The notes under the pieces are model-generated. The model was given only the letters and a program-made list of their open reading frames with translations, was not told where the DNA came from and searched no databases. This document shows, piece after piece, positions 1 through 12,339 of a stretch of 64,000 nucleotides of DNA. Each line of letters starts with the position of its first letter. Position 1 is the stretch's first letter. Source of the stretch: Eutreptiella sp. 'Long Island Sound 2002' (Eukaryota; Protista; Euglenida); the NCBI GenBank assembly GCA_964036045.1, contig OZ038379.1, positions 65,534,001 to 65,598,000 on the forward strand. Reading direction: 5' to 3'. A program made the translations under genes and the position numbers.

Positions 1-1200
1 GGTGGGAGTTGATCGCAGCTATCGGTGGGGCCATTGAACCATGGGGTAAACGCGCACACACCCCCCTTCCTATGGGGCATCGGCATGGCCGACGTAGGTG
101 ACGAGGATATGGTTGCCATGGGCCATATTTGGGCTCAGGGGCGGCAAGTTGGTAGTGTGCATTTTCGTGTTCATAAGTTGTTCATAATTTGCGCGTTCAT
201 AATTCGAAAAGTGCCGTCATAAAACGCCGTGCTGCCGATTTGTGAATTATGAACACGTTTTTTGAACACCAGTTATGAACAGGCTTTATGAACACAGGTC
301 GTGCAATCCATTATTGACTGCAAAAAATTTTACTCTTGCGACAGCTCGGTGCCGGCAGCGGTCATCCTTGGTGGGGAGCAGCCGTGGCTGGCGGCTGATG
401 GGCATCAGCGTGGCTCCCCAATTGGGAGCATTTTCAACGAGGCCGTGCGGGACAATATGGCCAAGCGGTTGAATGACGTCGCTGCTCGGAGGACAACTCA
501 GTCGGATGCCAACAATCATTGTCGTTTTTCAGGTGACCCGCAAAAGTTTGGATGCGGCAGGATGCACCGGCGAGCCGTTGCTGGTCATAGCCAGAAACCG
601 GGTATTTTTGTGCATTTTGCACTGTTGCATGGCCTTCGGGAGGCTTTTCATGGCCTTTTTGGAGGCGCAGGTGGGAAATCATCCCCTTGAGGTTGCCGGG
701 GGGGGGTACAAAAAACCGGTGTGGCGTGTGGTTTGGGGCGCAGAACGCACCGGACCGGGAGGACCTGTTCTGGGACTGGGAGCAGATGGCTCCGCTGCCT
801 GCATGCGTCGAGGAGGACCCACCGTGGCAAGCGGTTGTGGGGCTCTGATCATTGCTACGCACTGTGTACTAGCCCCTTCCGGTTGTGCCACGCCCTTCGT
901 GCCGACTTGTTACTGCTGCGTTTCGGGAACACTGCTGCGGGGAGTCGGGGTCGCACTTTTTGTTGTTACTCGAAGAGGACTGTGATACAATGCTTGAGAG
1001 TGCGGATGCATGCGGGGTGGGATTGGCTGCCATGTCGGGGGATGTTGTGGAGAGCACAAATTTCATTTTTGAAGGAGGGATACAATGGGCATATTTCCAG
1101 GGGTGGGGGTGCGGGTAACAGTGCAGTGTAACGGGAAGGAATGGTCGTGTAGCACGTTTGGGAATGGTGGTTTCCAACCTTTGACCTGCCGTTGTTGCAC
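1..1200 (+). pseudogene. Family A DDE transposase (RAG1/Transib/Chapaev-like), frameshifted, with intron 148-297
   Basis: Motifs read across frames: AVAGDKDMVAMG, LGGEQPWL.RLMG, FLCILHCCMAFGRL, SHFLLLLEEDCDTML...GLAAMSGDVVESTN. These match family B at 30572-31620 and resemble the RAG1 motifs LHCDIG and GAWASEGNESGN. The GT (148)..AG (297) intron is in phase 0. Confidence 0.7.
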
Positions 1201-1315
1201 TATAACACCCCACACACCGCGGCGTGCACCGCCGCTTCTCCTCTGAGCACCACCCCCCAAGCACCCTCCACCCACGCGCCCTCTGCGACCCAGCTTTATT
1301 ACTCTTCACCCATCC

Positions 1316-3286
1316 ATGGATTCCGCCGAGCTGAGGAAGCTGCTGGAGGAGAGTAACATGGCGACCTCGCCCTGGTGGTATGCTGCCTGTCGGCTGTCGT
1401 TCGCGTTCATATTGCGTTCATAATTTGGTGTTCATGGCCCCGTGGTTGAGGGGGGAGGCCGGCCATGCATGGGGCCTGAGCCACGCCAACTAGCGCAATG
1501 TGCTGACCCTCCCCTGGATGCAGGGAGCGCTAAACAGTGGGTACTCCCCCGATGCCCCCCTTTCTTCGAGCCCCGTGGTCACTTACATTGCCCTGCGCTA
1601 GGCAATTCGCCGTCTTTTGCGGCATCGCATCCGCAACAAGGGTGCGGGGGGGGGCCTGTCGGCACACAGGGGGGGCATCGGCATGGAAGCCCCTGCCGGG
1701 AAAGCCCTTGTCCCCCATCCCCGAACCAATTGGGGCTGGGGATTTGACGCAGCCCAAAATTTCTACGGGCCCACGGGGGGCCTTGACGCGGGGGTCCCAT
1801 TGAAAGCCGTGCTTCCTCCACTGGGAGGAAACGGCGTGGGTGAAGCTGCAGCGCTCCGGGCGCAAGTTGGAGTGCATACCCCAGTAGGAATCAATTTTCG
1901 CGGGGCTATATGTCCCGGGACAGGTGGCCTCGTACCAGGGGGCTGTCGAGCCATCCCATGAAGCCCCTTGGCCGGGCAGCCCCGGCCACCACCAGCACCA
2001 TGGCCCCCGGGGGCGCCCCTCGCAGCGCAGCTGCGCATTTCCGGACCCCCCTGGGCGCCATGGGCACCGTCAGACCATAGCCGGATTTCGAGGTATGTGC
2101 GTTCATAATTCGTTCATAATTCGTTCATAATTCGGCGTTCATAATTCAGCGACCCTGCACTGTCCATTTATGAACGATGAACGCGTTTTATGAACGCGTT
2201 TGATGAACGCGTTTTATGAACGGCACTGTCACAGGTCATGGACATGGAAGTGAACCCTGCGGACGTCGCGGGGGTCTGCATCCGCTACTGGCTGGGCACC
2301 GCCGAGTACACCATCGCCCTGTCTGCCCTGTATCAGCTGCTGCTCCTCAACCCGCAACGGGGGTGCTCTTGCGGGAGTAGGAACGGTCCCGCTGCCTAAC
2401 GGACACTTGGGCGGTGAATACGCCCTGCTGGGCTAGCCTGGGTGAGTTGGGGTGGGACGGGTGTGTTGACCAGGAGATCCTGCTGTCCAGTTGTGGGTTA
2501 AGCCCACCCAGCTCCGGCAGCCCCCGCAGCACCTCCCCGGCAAAGCCCCCCCCTTCCCCCGAGAAACCCAAGCCCCCTACCCTGCCCCCCCTCCAAACCA
2601 ACCCAACCCAAAAGAACCCCCACGCAAAAAGGCAAGTCCTTCTAATTGGGCAGCACCTCATCGTCGGACCACGAAGTCCACCGTGGCCATGGGAAGGCGG
2701 TGACGGGGAAGCAGCCGCGGCAGCAAAACCGCCGCGAGGAACCCCCCTCTTTGGAGGGGGATGAGTCACCTGACCCCCTGCTTGGTGAACAGGTGTATGT
2801 GCCCGAAACCGGTGGTGTCTACCTGGGGGTTGTAACCTTGTTTGCGGGGGGGGGGGGGCGGGGGGGAGAGTGTGGTTGGAACACCTAGGGGAAAAGGCGA
2901 TGTCTCGGGTTGAGAGGCATCTGTTGTATGCCTCCCATGCTGCACCATTGACCCATTGGGAGCAGCAGAAGGATGCAGCTGCAGGTAAGAAAGCCGCCAA
3001 GGCCAAAAAGAAGCTTAACCCCAAATCAGACGATGACCCGCCAGCCGAGCCTGCCCCCAAGCCAGCTAACCCTGAACCCGAGGCTGAGGCTAAGCAGGCC
3101 CCTTAGGCCAAGCCCAAAGCTGCTCCTGATGCCCCCCCCATGGAGGTGGATGCCCCAGCGCAACCCTCGGCCCAACCGGCAGCCCAACCACCTGCCCAAA
3201 CCCCTAACCAGGCCCCTCATGGCGGCGAAACCCAAGCCACGGCCCCCCTTTGGGAGGACCCGACAGGCCCCGGCGCTGAGGTTTAG
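1316..3286 (+). pseudogene. Family A ORF2 (accessory gene, Tudor/KOW-like C-terminal domain), copy 1
   Basis: Starts MDSAELRKLLEES. Intron 2093-2234 (GT..AG) precedes exon VMDMEVNPADVAGVCIRYW. The domain LGEQVYVPETGGVYLGVVT...SRVERHLLYASH precedes a Pro/Ala/Lys-rich tail. Homologous segments occur in families B, C and D. Confidence 0.65.
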
Positions 3287-3667
3287 GGCGGCAAGAACAA
3301 GCAAGGACAAGGGACAAAGACAAACAGTGAAGTGGACAGGACATATTGAAAATTGAGCGAATTTTGTGTGCCTGTGCATCTGCTCATAGAACGCGTTCAT
3401 AAAACGCGTTCATAAAACGATCGGCGCGTTCATAAAACGAAGAGTGAATGATGAATGGAATCATGAATGGAATTATGAACAGGGGAGGATGTTTTCATCA
3501 TTTGCAAAAGAATGGCGAAAATGGCAATTTTTCCAAAAGAACCCCCGGTCGACAAAAAGAAATTCACCTCGAGGGTGTTGACCCAACCCTCCAAGTTTTG
3601 AACAAAAATTGCCCATGGGTACCCTAGCAAGAGCAAAATGCGTTCATATTTCATTAAGCGATTTATA

Positions 3668-3702
3668 ATGAACAAAACTACCTTTCATATAGGTACCAAG
3701 GG
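3668..3702 (-). repeat. Family A right TIR (35 bp)
   Basis: Reverse complement CCCTTGGTACCTATATGAAAGGTAGTTTTGTTCAT matches the left TIR at 12783 at 28/35 positions. Confidence 0.85.
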
Positions 3703-4637
3703 TGGGGGTTATTGGCTTTTTTTGCCCATGCCACGCCTAGATGGTAGGCGAAAAACCCCTGTATTGCTGACTAATGGCATTTGACGTGTTTGCGCGTTGT
3801 ACACGGGGATTGGATGCACAGTTGAGGGTATTATGTAAAAACCAGGGGACACCGCAACCAATGGAATAGGAAAGGGGTCCATCGGGGACGGGTAGTGGGA
3901 GAACCGCAAGGCACAAGTTGAACCCTTTGCGGGTTATTGGCTTTTTTTACCCATACTACCCCTCGTTGGTAGACGGAAAACCCCTGTAGCAATGACTAAT
4001 GGCATTTGACGTGTCATGTGTTGCCCACGAGGAGTTCATGCACAATCGAGGGCATTGTTTGTAAGCCAGGGGACGCCGCAACCAATTCAAAATGAATGGG
4101 TTCCATCGGGGATGGGTAGTGGGATACCTGGAAGGCACAAGTTGGACCCTTTGGGGGTTGTTGCCTTTTTTTGCCGATACCACGCCTAGTTTGTCGGCTA
4201 AAAGCCCCTGCAGTGTTGACTAATGGCATTTCACGTGATGTGCGTTGCCCACGGGGAGTTTATGCACGGTTGAGACCCTTATGTGTAAGCTAGGGGACGC
4301 CACAGCTAGTGGAAAAGAAGGTGGGTCCACTGGGGATTGGCACGCGGAGAGCTACAAAGCACAAGTTGCACCTATTGGGGGGTGGTTGGCTTTTTTTTGC
4401 CAATGCGGCGCCTAGTTCGTAGAATGAAAACCCCTGCACTGCTGATTGATGCCATTTGCCTGTTTTACCTTGCCCGCGGGGAGTTGATACACAATTGAGG
4501 GCATTATGTGTACGCTAGGGGACGTAGCAGCCAATGGAAAAAGGAATTGTGCCCCTAGGGGACGGGCACTTGGAGAACCGCGACGTACAAGTTGCACCCT
4601 TTCGCCGTATTGGCCCTTGTTGCCTGCTTCTTTGCAG
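3703..4637. repeat. ~225-bp diverged tandem repeat, ~4 units
   Basis: The anchor TTATTGGC recurs at 3709, 3934, 4158, 4383 and 4607. Units share AATGGCATTTGACGTG, GAGGGCATTATGTG and GCACAAGTTGGACCCTTT. Confidence 0.9.
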
Positions 4638-5930
4638 ATCAATGTTTGGTTCACAAGCAAGGCGTTGAGGGGGTGGCCCCCAAGCTGTGACTAGAGCAAC
4701 CGGCGGAGGGACCACTGGAGGAGGCACCAAAACAACAAGCGAACGGAGCACCGAAGGAGGCACGAACTCAGCACGGGCTAGCAGAGGCAACACCAAAGGA
4801 CACAAGAAAGGAACAAGCAAAGACGGCAAAAAAGAAGGCACCAAAGCAAACACTAACGGATTGAAGCCGCAAGCGCCAAAGAAGGCACCAAAGCAGGCAA
4901 GGAGGCAGCACCACGGAAGGTACCAAAGGCGCAAGTGCCAAAAGAGGTACCAAAGCAACCAATAGAGGCAACACCATGTGAGCCGCAAGCGCCACACGAG
5001 GCACCAAAGCTGCAAAGGCAGCACGAGAGGATGCACCAAATTAGCCAGCAAAGGTAGCACCAAAGGACACAGCCAAGCAGCCAGAAAAGATAGCAAAAAA
5101 TAAGGCACCAATACACCCGGCAGAGGCACCTCCAACAAAGGAATCAAAGAGACAAGCAGCAAACGAGGCACCACGGCATCCAGCAGAGCAACATGGGGAA
5201 TGGTTCACATCCGGGTTCTTCATACCCCGTTCGGGTCCCGACTCCGATAACTCCACTTATGCCCGATGAGGCGCCAAGTTGTCAAAGGATGAATTCACCA
5301 AGCTTACGGATCTCGAAAGGGAGGCATACAAGAAAGGCGGCCCACTAGAACGTCCCCACAACACGTGTAATTGCCCCAATTGGCCACTCATCGCAGCACA
5401 GGGAGTGGAGAGCAATGTAAAGGGAGGAGTATCGTTATGCCGCAAAGAAAGCGGTAGGGAAGGTAACCAGAGGTGGTCGGCCCGTCGGTTTCTATGTCAC
5501 AATAGCAAGGGACACAAGGACAGGAACCGAACGCGCCAGTGCCGTATTTTTACCTTCATGGAACCATGGAGGTGACGTGGGATCCCAGCGAGTTTCTACA
5601 AGCAGGTCATTGGCTGGAGCAGCATGGGTTGGCGGCAGAGGCAGAGGTAGAGGCAAAAGGACCGGGGAAGGGACATGCCGCACACCACCCGCAAGCACAG
5701 ACACAGCAACCGCAGACACGACATGCCGCGAATCAATGAGAAAAGAGATCGCAATGCAAGCATCCCGAAAATCGACGCAAAAGCTTGGGAGCAGAGCAAG
5801 CCGCCCACAATATCGGCCCCTGACCCAACATCGGCCCCTGACCCAAGAAGGCAAGGGCAATGGCAAGGGCAAGCCCGGCTTGAAGAAGGCGCGCTGCACA
5901 TCCACGGGAGCACCACTAGTGTCTGAGTCG
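4638..5930 (+). pseudogene. Degenerate ORF with APK-rich low-complexity region and GRF-like zinc finger
   Basis: Follows a TTTGCAG acceptor-like site. At 5365-5560 it reads CNC...ARRFLCH...RQC(P)YFY across a 1-bp frameshift, resembling zf-GRF (CxC...GRxFxC...CxFF). Duplicated at 20547-21850. Confidence 0.4.
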
Positions 5931-5944
5931 GACCTGGAGAAGTC

Positions 5945-8672
5945 ATAGTCTAGCAAACCGTTTTTTTTTACGCATGGCCGGATATTGCTAAGTGCCTCGG
6001 CATTAGGCCAAGCACGGCCAAGTACAAGGCCACCGCGAACATGTGGGACCTGCTGCAGGCCCTCTATTGTACATATCAGGGCCCTAACCCATAGAAGTGT
6101 ACTGCTGTGGCCCGCGATTTCCGGCGCCACTATACTGTTGGAACAGCATCATGGTATCTACTAAGCCTTTAGCATGATGTAGATACCATGTTGCAGAACA
6201 TTAAGCCATTTGGCCTGGTCTAGCGAACCGTTCTAGCGCTGATCTAGCCACCGCCGTACCGCCGCCGCTAGAACGTCGCTAGAACGCCGCTAGAACAGTT
6301 GCCTAGAACGCCGCTAGAACGCACCTGCATTTTGTTTGTGTCTTCAGGTTGTCAGCGTGCAGACTTGTGGAGCCGACCCCCGTGGGGTGCGCGTGGAGTG
6401 GCGTGATGGCGGAGGGCGGACGCGCCTCGTGGGGGTCACCGAGTTGAGCCGGATGATTGGGACGAACCCCAATTTGGCCCTCTCGGTGCCGGAGGGTTTG
6501 GGGAGGTGGGAAGGAGGCAGGAGTGCAGGGGGCATGGACCCGCAGCGCAAGGGTTGGAGGAGGTTGCAGGAACGGGCGGGGGATGACAGCAGCATCAACA
6601 CCACCACCACCAGCAGCAGCAGCACCACCACCACCACTAGCAGCGGGGGGAAGACACCCCCCCCCCCCAAGGCCTCTAACCCCCCCCCCCCCAAACCGAC
6701 CGGGCCGGACCATGGCCTAAGGTGTAGAGGAGGGCAGTCATGGTCAGGTTAAACCAAGTGCGAAGCTCCTCACGACTGGGCGTGGGTGCCTCTTCGGGGC
6801 ATGGTAACGGAGTGGGGTATAAGCGTCAACGGGCGCGAAACACCGCATGCGCCATATTTTATCCACACATCCGGCACTTCCCCCCCAAGAGAACGTCGAA
6901 TAATTGAGTTCATCCCAGTGCCTGCCTGCTTCCTGTCACACGCCACAAGTGGTAGAGCACGCCCAAAAGTCAGTGCATGCATTGACAGAGTAGACAGTGC
7001 CGGGCGCCGCCTGCAGCGACGCTCACGCCTCTCCGCACCGTCCGCCGCTGCGCCTCCGTCCGCACCTGTGCCCCTCCTGCCGATCCCCGCCTTCGATCTC
7101 CCATCTGCTTGTGTGTATGCCCTGTCGCCTCCACTCGGGGGATTGCCCAGTGCACTGTGCTGGCCATCGACCCCACCCTGCTTCACTCCCATACCGACAC
7201 TGGTGCCTGTGGGGGGGGGGGGGCAGGCACTGCTGAAATTGCCCTAAATTGTGCCAGTACCGAATCCAGTGCACTGTGCTTGCTGGCGTCCCTCCTTGTT
7301 GCGTCCTGCCCTGGTGCATGTGAAGGAGCCCCTGGGTGCTGGAGCCGCGAGTGCGGCCACCTGTCCCCCCCGCTCCTTCACAGCAGCCCACTCATGCCTG
7401 ATTTTTGCTCACTCGGCGCTCAACCCTAGAGAGAAGCGATCACCCCCGCCGAGGTGTGGGTCGTCAGCAAGGTGTACAAGCAGCAGGGCGCCCTGTTGTG
7501 CAACTGCATGTACGGCCCCAGCAAGACCGACGTCACAGCGGTACCCGTGACAGATGCCATCGTGCGATCGTTCGGGTGGTGGTTCTCGGTGCTTCGCGCC
7601 ACTATCATGCCTCTCATGCTCGCCCTTGTCAAGGAAAAGTTCGGGGCCTATCTGTGGATGTCCCTGGCCCAACTCACAGACGCCATTCGGTCGCACGTAC
7701 AGGCTGTCACCCCAGATGACGAGATGCGTTTTTGCTCCCAGATGGCAGAACATATGGCGTCGAAGCCGGCTCAGCAGGAGTTCCGCGACTCCGTGGAAGC
7801 CGACCCGGACACCTTACGTGAAGTGCTGTCTCAGCGGCGACCACCAAACCCGACTTTAGGACGGCCTCCGCGTGGATAAATATGTGGGTTGCCATGTACT
7901 CGGCCTGGGCCGATCGGATGTCTCTGCAGGTTTCCTTGGCCGCCTCGTTTGACGCAGCAGGGCTCCCGACGCCGCCCCCCTGTGATCCGGCAGTCCTGGG
8001 GTCAACTATATGCGCCCTAGCGACCACGGCGAAGCCCTTCCGCGCTATCCCGCCGCATGCCCTGGCTGCCCGTGCAGCCCCAGGCGCTGGTGCACCCGCT
8101 GCTCCCAGCCAGCCTGTTGTCACCGACACCTCTGCTCTACAGCAGGAGATGGATCTCGCCCTGGCGGTCTGCAGGGCGCTGGCCCCGGAAGCAGTCCACA
8201 CAGCTGCGTCCAGCCTCCGCCTCCACCTGTCCCCACTGCCGTCGGCCGTATCGGTGCCGATCGCCATCAAGGCGAAAATAGGCTCCCAGCTGGCCACCAT
8301 CATGTCGTCGAACCAGCTCCTTTTCGGGGCGGACGCGGCTGCAGCGGCGACGCAGCTGAAGCAGTGGCGCAAGTACATCGCCGCCAAGCCGCCATCTGCG
8401 CCGGCTGCCCCCCCGCAACAGCAATTGCTCGCAGAGCTGCAGGCAGTGCTGAAGGGTCTCGCTGACTCTACCGACTGGCCTGCAGTGGTGGGAGCCATCG
8501 CCCCTTTCCTGTCCGGCAGTGTTGCCACGAGGCAGCAGCTGCTGGATGGTTCCTCTTGGGCTGCAGAATGGTGCGCCAAGGGGTTCTGGGCTACAACCAT
8601 TCTAGGCTAGAACATCTAGGCTAGAGTGTTCTAGGCTAGAACAAGATTGGGTCTTTTACCGTGTGCCAGGGG
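5945..8672 (+). mobile_element. Family C transposon derivative, copy 1 (transposase fragment, ORF2 exon, LINE-derived cargo, terminal TIR)
   Basis: 5956-6222 encodes MWDLLQALYCTY..DFRRH...SWYLLSL.HDVDTML, homologous to the A and B transposases. An intron of CTAGAAC repeats ends at AG 6347. The exon VVSVQTCGADPRGVRVEW follows. Ends ...GTGTGCCAGGGG at 8672. Confidence 0.65.
8636..8672 (-). repeat. Family C-type TIR
   Basis: Reverse complement CCCCTGGCACACGGTAAAAGACCCAATCTTGTTCTAG; 32/37 identical to the terminus at 26890-26926. Confidence 0.75.
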
Positions 8673-10823
8673 TGATGGCCAGAAATGGTATCCGAATAAA
8701 TGAAAAAGGTATATGTTCTTGTTGTTTTGTGTCGGTAGGGTTTTTTTAGCAAGGGTTAATTTTTGCATAAAAGACTTAATATCTGGCACGTTAATATCTA
8801 TGCCGGCGACTCTTTGATTTTTAGTATTTTAAAAATTAATCCAAAAATTGAAATCACAAATTAAAAGGAGGACCATTTTAATCCGTTTTGCAAGGAAAAC
8901 GGTGACACCGCCCCCCCGACCCCCGGTTGAACATGGCACCCGATCCCGAAAGGCACCCTGTGGGGGTGCGCCTTTTATCCTCAAAATCCCTCAACCCCCC
9001 CCCCCCCCCCCCGAAAGGGTGCACTTTTAGTGAACATATTAATTTTTCAGCCAAAACTTAAAAACATTGGTTTTAACACAGGTCTGTAGGGAGGCGGGGT
9101 GGGGAGGTTGCCTACCGGGTGCCAGGGTTTGGGAAGACAGTACCGTTGGGCAAGATGCGCATTCACATTATGTTCCATGTGTACTGTGAAACACTCCTTT
9201 CTCTTTGCTTGGGTTTCTTGGGGATTCTTGTTGCGTTTTCTCTATGCCCCGTGTAAAGTGGATATGGGGGCTGAGGCGCAGCCGCTTTATGCGCAAATAC
9301 GTTTTTGTTGTAAGTTCGGCATGCGGGCAGCATGCAAGGAGGGTGTGCAAGATCTGCATGTTGAATGCCCCGTCGACGGTTGCGGCTGTGTTGGCAGTGG
9401 GGGCACAACATGCGCCCCCAATGTGGGGAGCAACACTCGGACCTCTAGGTGACTGATGAACGCGCAGAGCAAAGGGACCGGGGCCTGTGGAGCTTGTTGT
9501 CTTGGGGGAGGGGGAGGGGGCTTTTGGGGACAATAAGAGGAAATCTGGGTGGATGAAGCTCGAAAGGAAGCAGAAGCGCACAAAAAGGCGCACTACCATC
9601 CGCAGTGCCCTGAATGGCGACACGTAGGAGAGGGTGGAGGAGGGGGGGAGCGGCCTTGCGACGCCTAGGCGCTGGGTTGACGAGTTGGACAACTCGGAGG
9701 CCCCAGCAACCCTTGAGAGGGGATTTGACCAAGTGCGGAGGAACCTAAGGCGGGCAGAGGCACGGGACCTCGACTTTGTGCGTGGTGACTCCTCGTGCAA
9801 CTCGCAATCCTTCCCGGGGTCCCCTTCCTTTGCATCGCCTTCAGATGGAAGTAGGGGCCCGAAACAAAACATTTCCCAAGGTTTTGCAATGCCAAGGGAC
9901 CCGTTGGCGGCTCGGTCAACTATCTCAGTGCCTAGTACGGGTAGTTGCCCCCCCCCCCCCCCTGCCCCTTTTCGTGTCCCCCCACCCACACTCCACTGGC
10001 CTGCCAAGTAGGCTGCTGGCACCTCTGACCCTCTCTATACAGCTCGGCATGATGTCAAGCCCTATCATCGTGGCTTCTTCAGTGCCCTGCAGCCCTTCCT
10101 TGCGACACGAGGACCTCGGCGGGGGGGACATACTTGGGGGGTTGTGGGGGGGATGGTGGTTGCACAGTGGTGGCCATCAGCGCCTTTGCCAAGGCTTCCA
10201 CTTCCCCCTGGTATGGAGTTAATGAAAGGTCGGGTCTACGAGGAGGACTTGCTTTCGGTGGCGGGGGTGTTGGTGCCTGGATGGATGGAGGGAGAGAGGG
10301 GGGTGGTGTCAACATCAGGGGCTGGGGCGAGGCCCATTCGCTGAGACACCTCTCAGCCTCAGAGTCACACGAGGGCGATGGGCGTTGGTGCCCAAAACGT
10401 AGGACCTCTTGCAAATACCCAAAGACCCCCCCACCCCACAAAACCCACTTTCCAGAAGTTCTACGGTACCAAGACATTGCAGCTCATCCGGGATATCCAC
10501 AAGGGGGGGGGGGGGGTTCAATATTTTGTAGACGGGATGTTGAACCGCCGAGCCATGTATCGGTTTGCGGTTCCATATCCTACGAAGCAACCCCTGCTCA
10601 TGTGACATGGGGGCATGCGGATTGGCCGTTCACGTTTGCTCAGCAGGGACGAGGAGCACGCAGCACGGGTGCTCGAAACCCTCTTTGCTGCCTCCAAACC
10701 CCCCGTGTATCTCCAAGCCCACCCAACCCCCCGCCGTTCGCCTCGTCGACCACTCCCCTCATCCCCCCCCCCCCGCCCCCGCCACTAATCACATGAGGTT
10801 GACCCGGTTTACCCGCCACTGCT

Positions 10824-11384
10824 GTGCATCACTGCTGCCACTTTTTTCAGCCCCAAAGCCGCTGTGGACCGCCTTCGCCTCCTTCCCTGCTTACCGGTGG
10901 CAGTTTGGTTGGTTGCTACCACAACCCTCCTAGTCTTCTCCCCGCCACAGCGGCCCCCATTCGGGTCGTTGCTCCGAGCGCAAACCCCCAAATAGCGACG
11001 CCGGACTTCAATGCATCACTGCTACCACTTTTTTCAGCCCCAAAGCCGCTGTGGACCGCCTTCGCCTCATTCCCTGCTTACCGGTGGCACCTTGGTTGCT
11101 TGCTGCCACGACCCTCCTAGTCTTCTCCCCGCCACAGCGGCCCCCATTCTGGTCGTTGCTCCGAGCGCAACCCCCCAAATAGCGACGCCGGACTTCAATG
11201 CATCACTGCTGCCACTTTTTTCAGCCCCAAAGCCGCTGTGGGCCGCCTTCGCCTCCTTCCCTGCTTACCGGTGGCAGCTTGGTTGGTTGCTGCCACGACC
11301 CTCCTAGTCTTCTCCCCGCCACAGCGGCCCCCATTCGGTTTGTTGCTCCGAGCGCAACCCCCCCAATAGCGACGCCGGACTTCA
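10824..11384. repeat. 187-bp tandem repeat, 3 near-identical copies
   Basis: TGCATCACTGCT starts at 10824, 11011 and 11198. Confidence 0.95.
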
Positions 11385-11439
11385 ACGAGACGTTCCAGTC
11401 TCCAAGTCTTCGGCGACACCTGAAGAAACAAGTTTTTAC

Positions 11440-11928
11440 GGTGCTTTTCAACACCACCAGCCAATTGGTCACCATGGAAAAACGCCACAGTATTGGCTAA
11501 TGGCATTTGACGCGATTCGCCCTGCCAACGGGCAATGCATGCACAAGTGAGGGCATTATGTGTACTCTAAGAGACGCCGCACCGAATGGAAAAGGAACCG
11601 GGTCCATTGGGGCCGGGCCCTCGGAATGTCGGGGGGGGTGGGGGCACAAGTTGGACTTTTTGGGGAGTTGTTGGCCTTTTTTGCCCATGCTGCGCCTAAT
11701 TGGCTAGAATGAAAACCCTTGCAGTGCTGACTGATTCCATTTGACGTGTTGTGCCTTGCCAACAAGGTATGCATGCACAGGTGAGGGCATTATGTGTATG
11801 CCACGGGACACTGTAGGGAACAGAAAAGCAATTGGGTTCATCAGGCCGCGCACTTGGGGAACCGGGAGGCACAAGTTGGACTTTTTGGGGCGTTATGGGC
11901 CTTTTTTGCCCATACTCTATGGCATTAG
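11440..11928. repeat. ~225-bp repeat family, ~2 units, ending at a splice acceptor
   Basis: Same motifs as 3703-4637 (AATGGCATTTGACG, GAGGGCATTATGTG, GCACAAGTTGGAC). Confidence 0.85.
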
Positions 11929-12192
11929 ATCGACATAGCAGGACAGAAGAAGGAGAAGCGGCAACGGGATAAGACATGGAAGGTAGAGAACGAGAAGAAG
12001 GAGAGGGAAGACAAGGAGAAGGAGCAGAAGGAGAAGCGGCCGAAGGATAACATTGTGCCGTCGGAGGAGAAGGCGGACAATGAGAAGAAGGAGAAGGAGA
12101 AGGAGAAGGACAAGGAGAAGGAGAGGGAGGAGCACCCCACCCCCGCCGCCCTCATGGAGGAGCGGCTACTGCGCAGCATTCCTAGCGATGAG
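11929..12192 (+). CDS. Host exon, 88 codons, Lys/Glu-rich (IDIAGQKKEKRQRDK...ALMEERLLRSIPSDE)
   Basis: Bounded by TTAG| and |GTGCGG, 264 bp, phase 0-0, no stop codon, strongly coding-like composition. Confidence 0.7.
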
Positions 12193-12339
12193 GTGCGGAT
12201 CCCCCAACAGCCCTCATCCCCGCCTTTCGGCCTCCCAATAGGCCCACCGGATGAAGATTCTCCAGTTCCAAGTGTGAGAACCTCGACACCACGGTGCCAC
12301 AACGCTGCTTTTCAACGCCACTATTCCACTCTCTACTCT

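Larger units (their letters stand above)
1..3702 (+). mobile_element. Family A CCC-terminal DNA transposon, copy 1 (left part outside window)
   Basis: Collinear with 13484-17493. Ends in ...TCATATAGGTACCAAGGG (3702) followed by TG, the same flank as the complete copy. Contains transposase and ORF2 remnants. Confidence 0.85.

Noticed and set aside
6220-6330. CRISPR-like array (CTAGAACG repeats)
   Set aside because: The repeats are 7-11 bp with no unique spacers, there are no cas genes, and the context is eukaryotic. They are the family C motif array.
9445-10605. Possible host exons (ERVEEGG..., TFQKFYGTK...)
   Set aside because: Interrupted by stops, with no clear splice pair and no recognisable domain.
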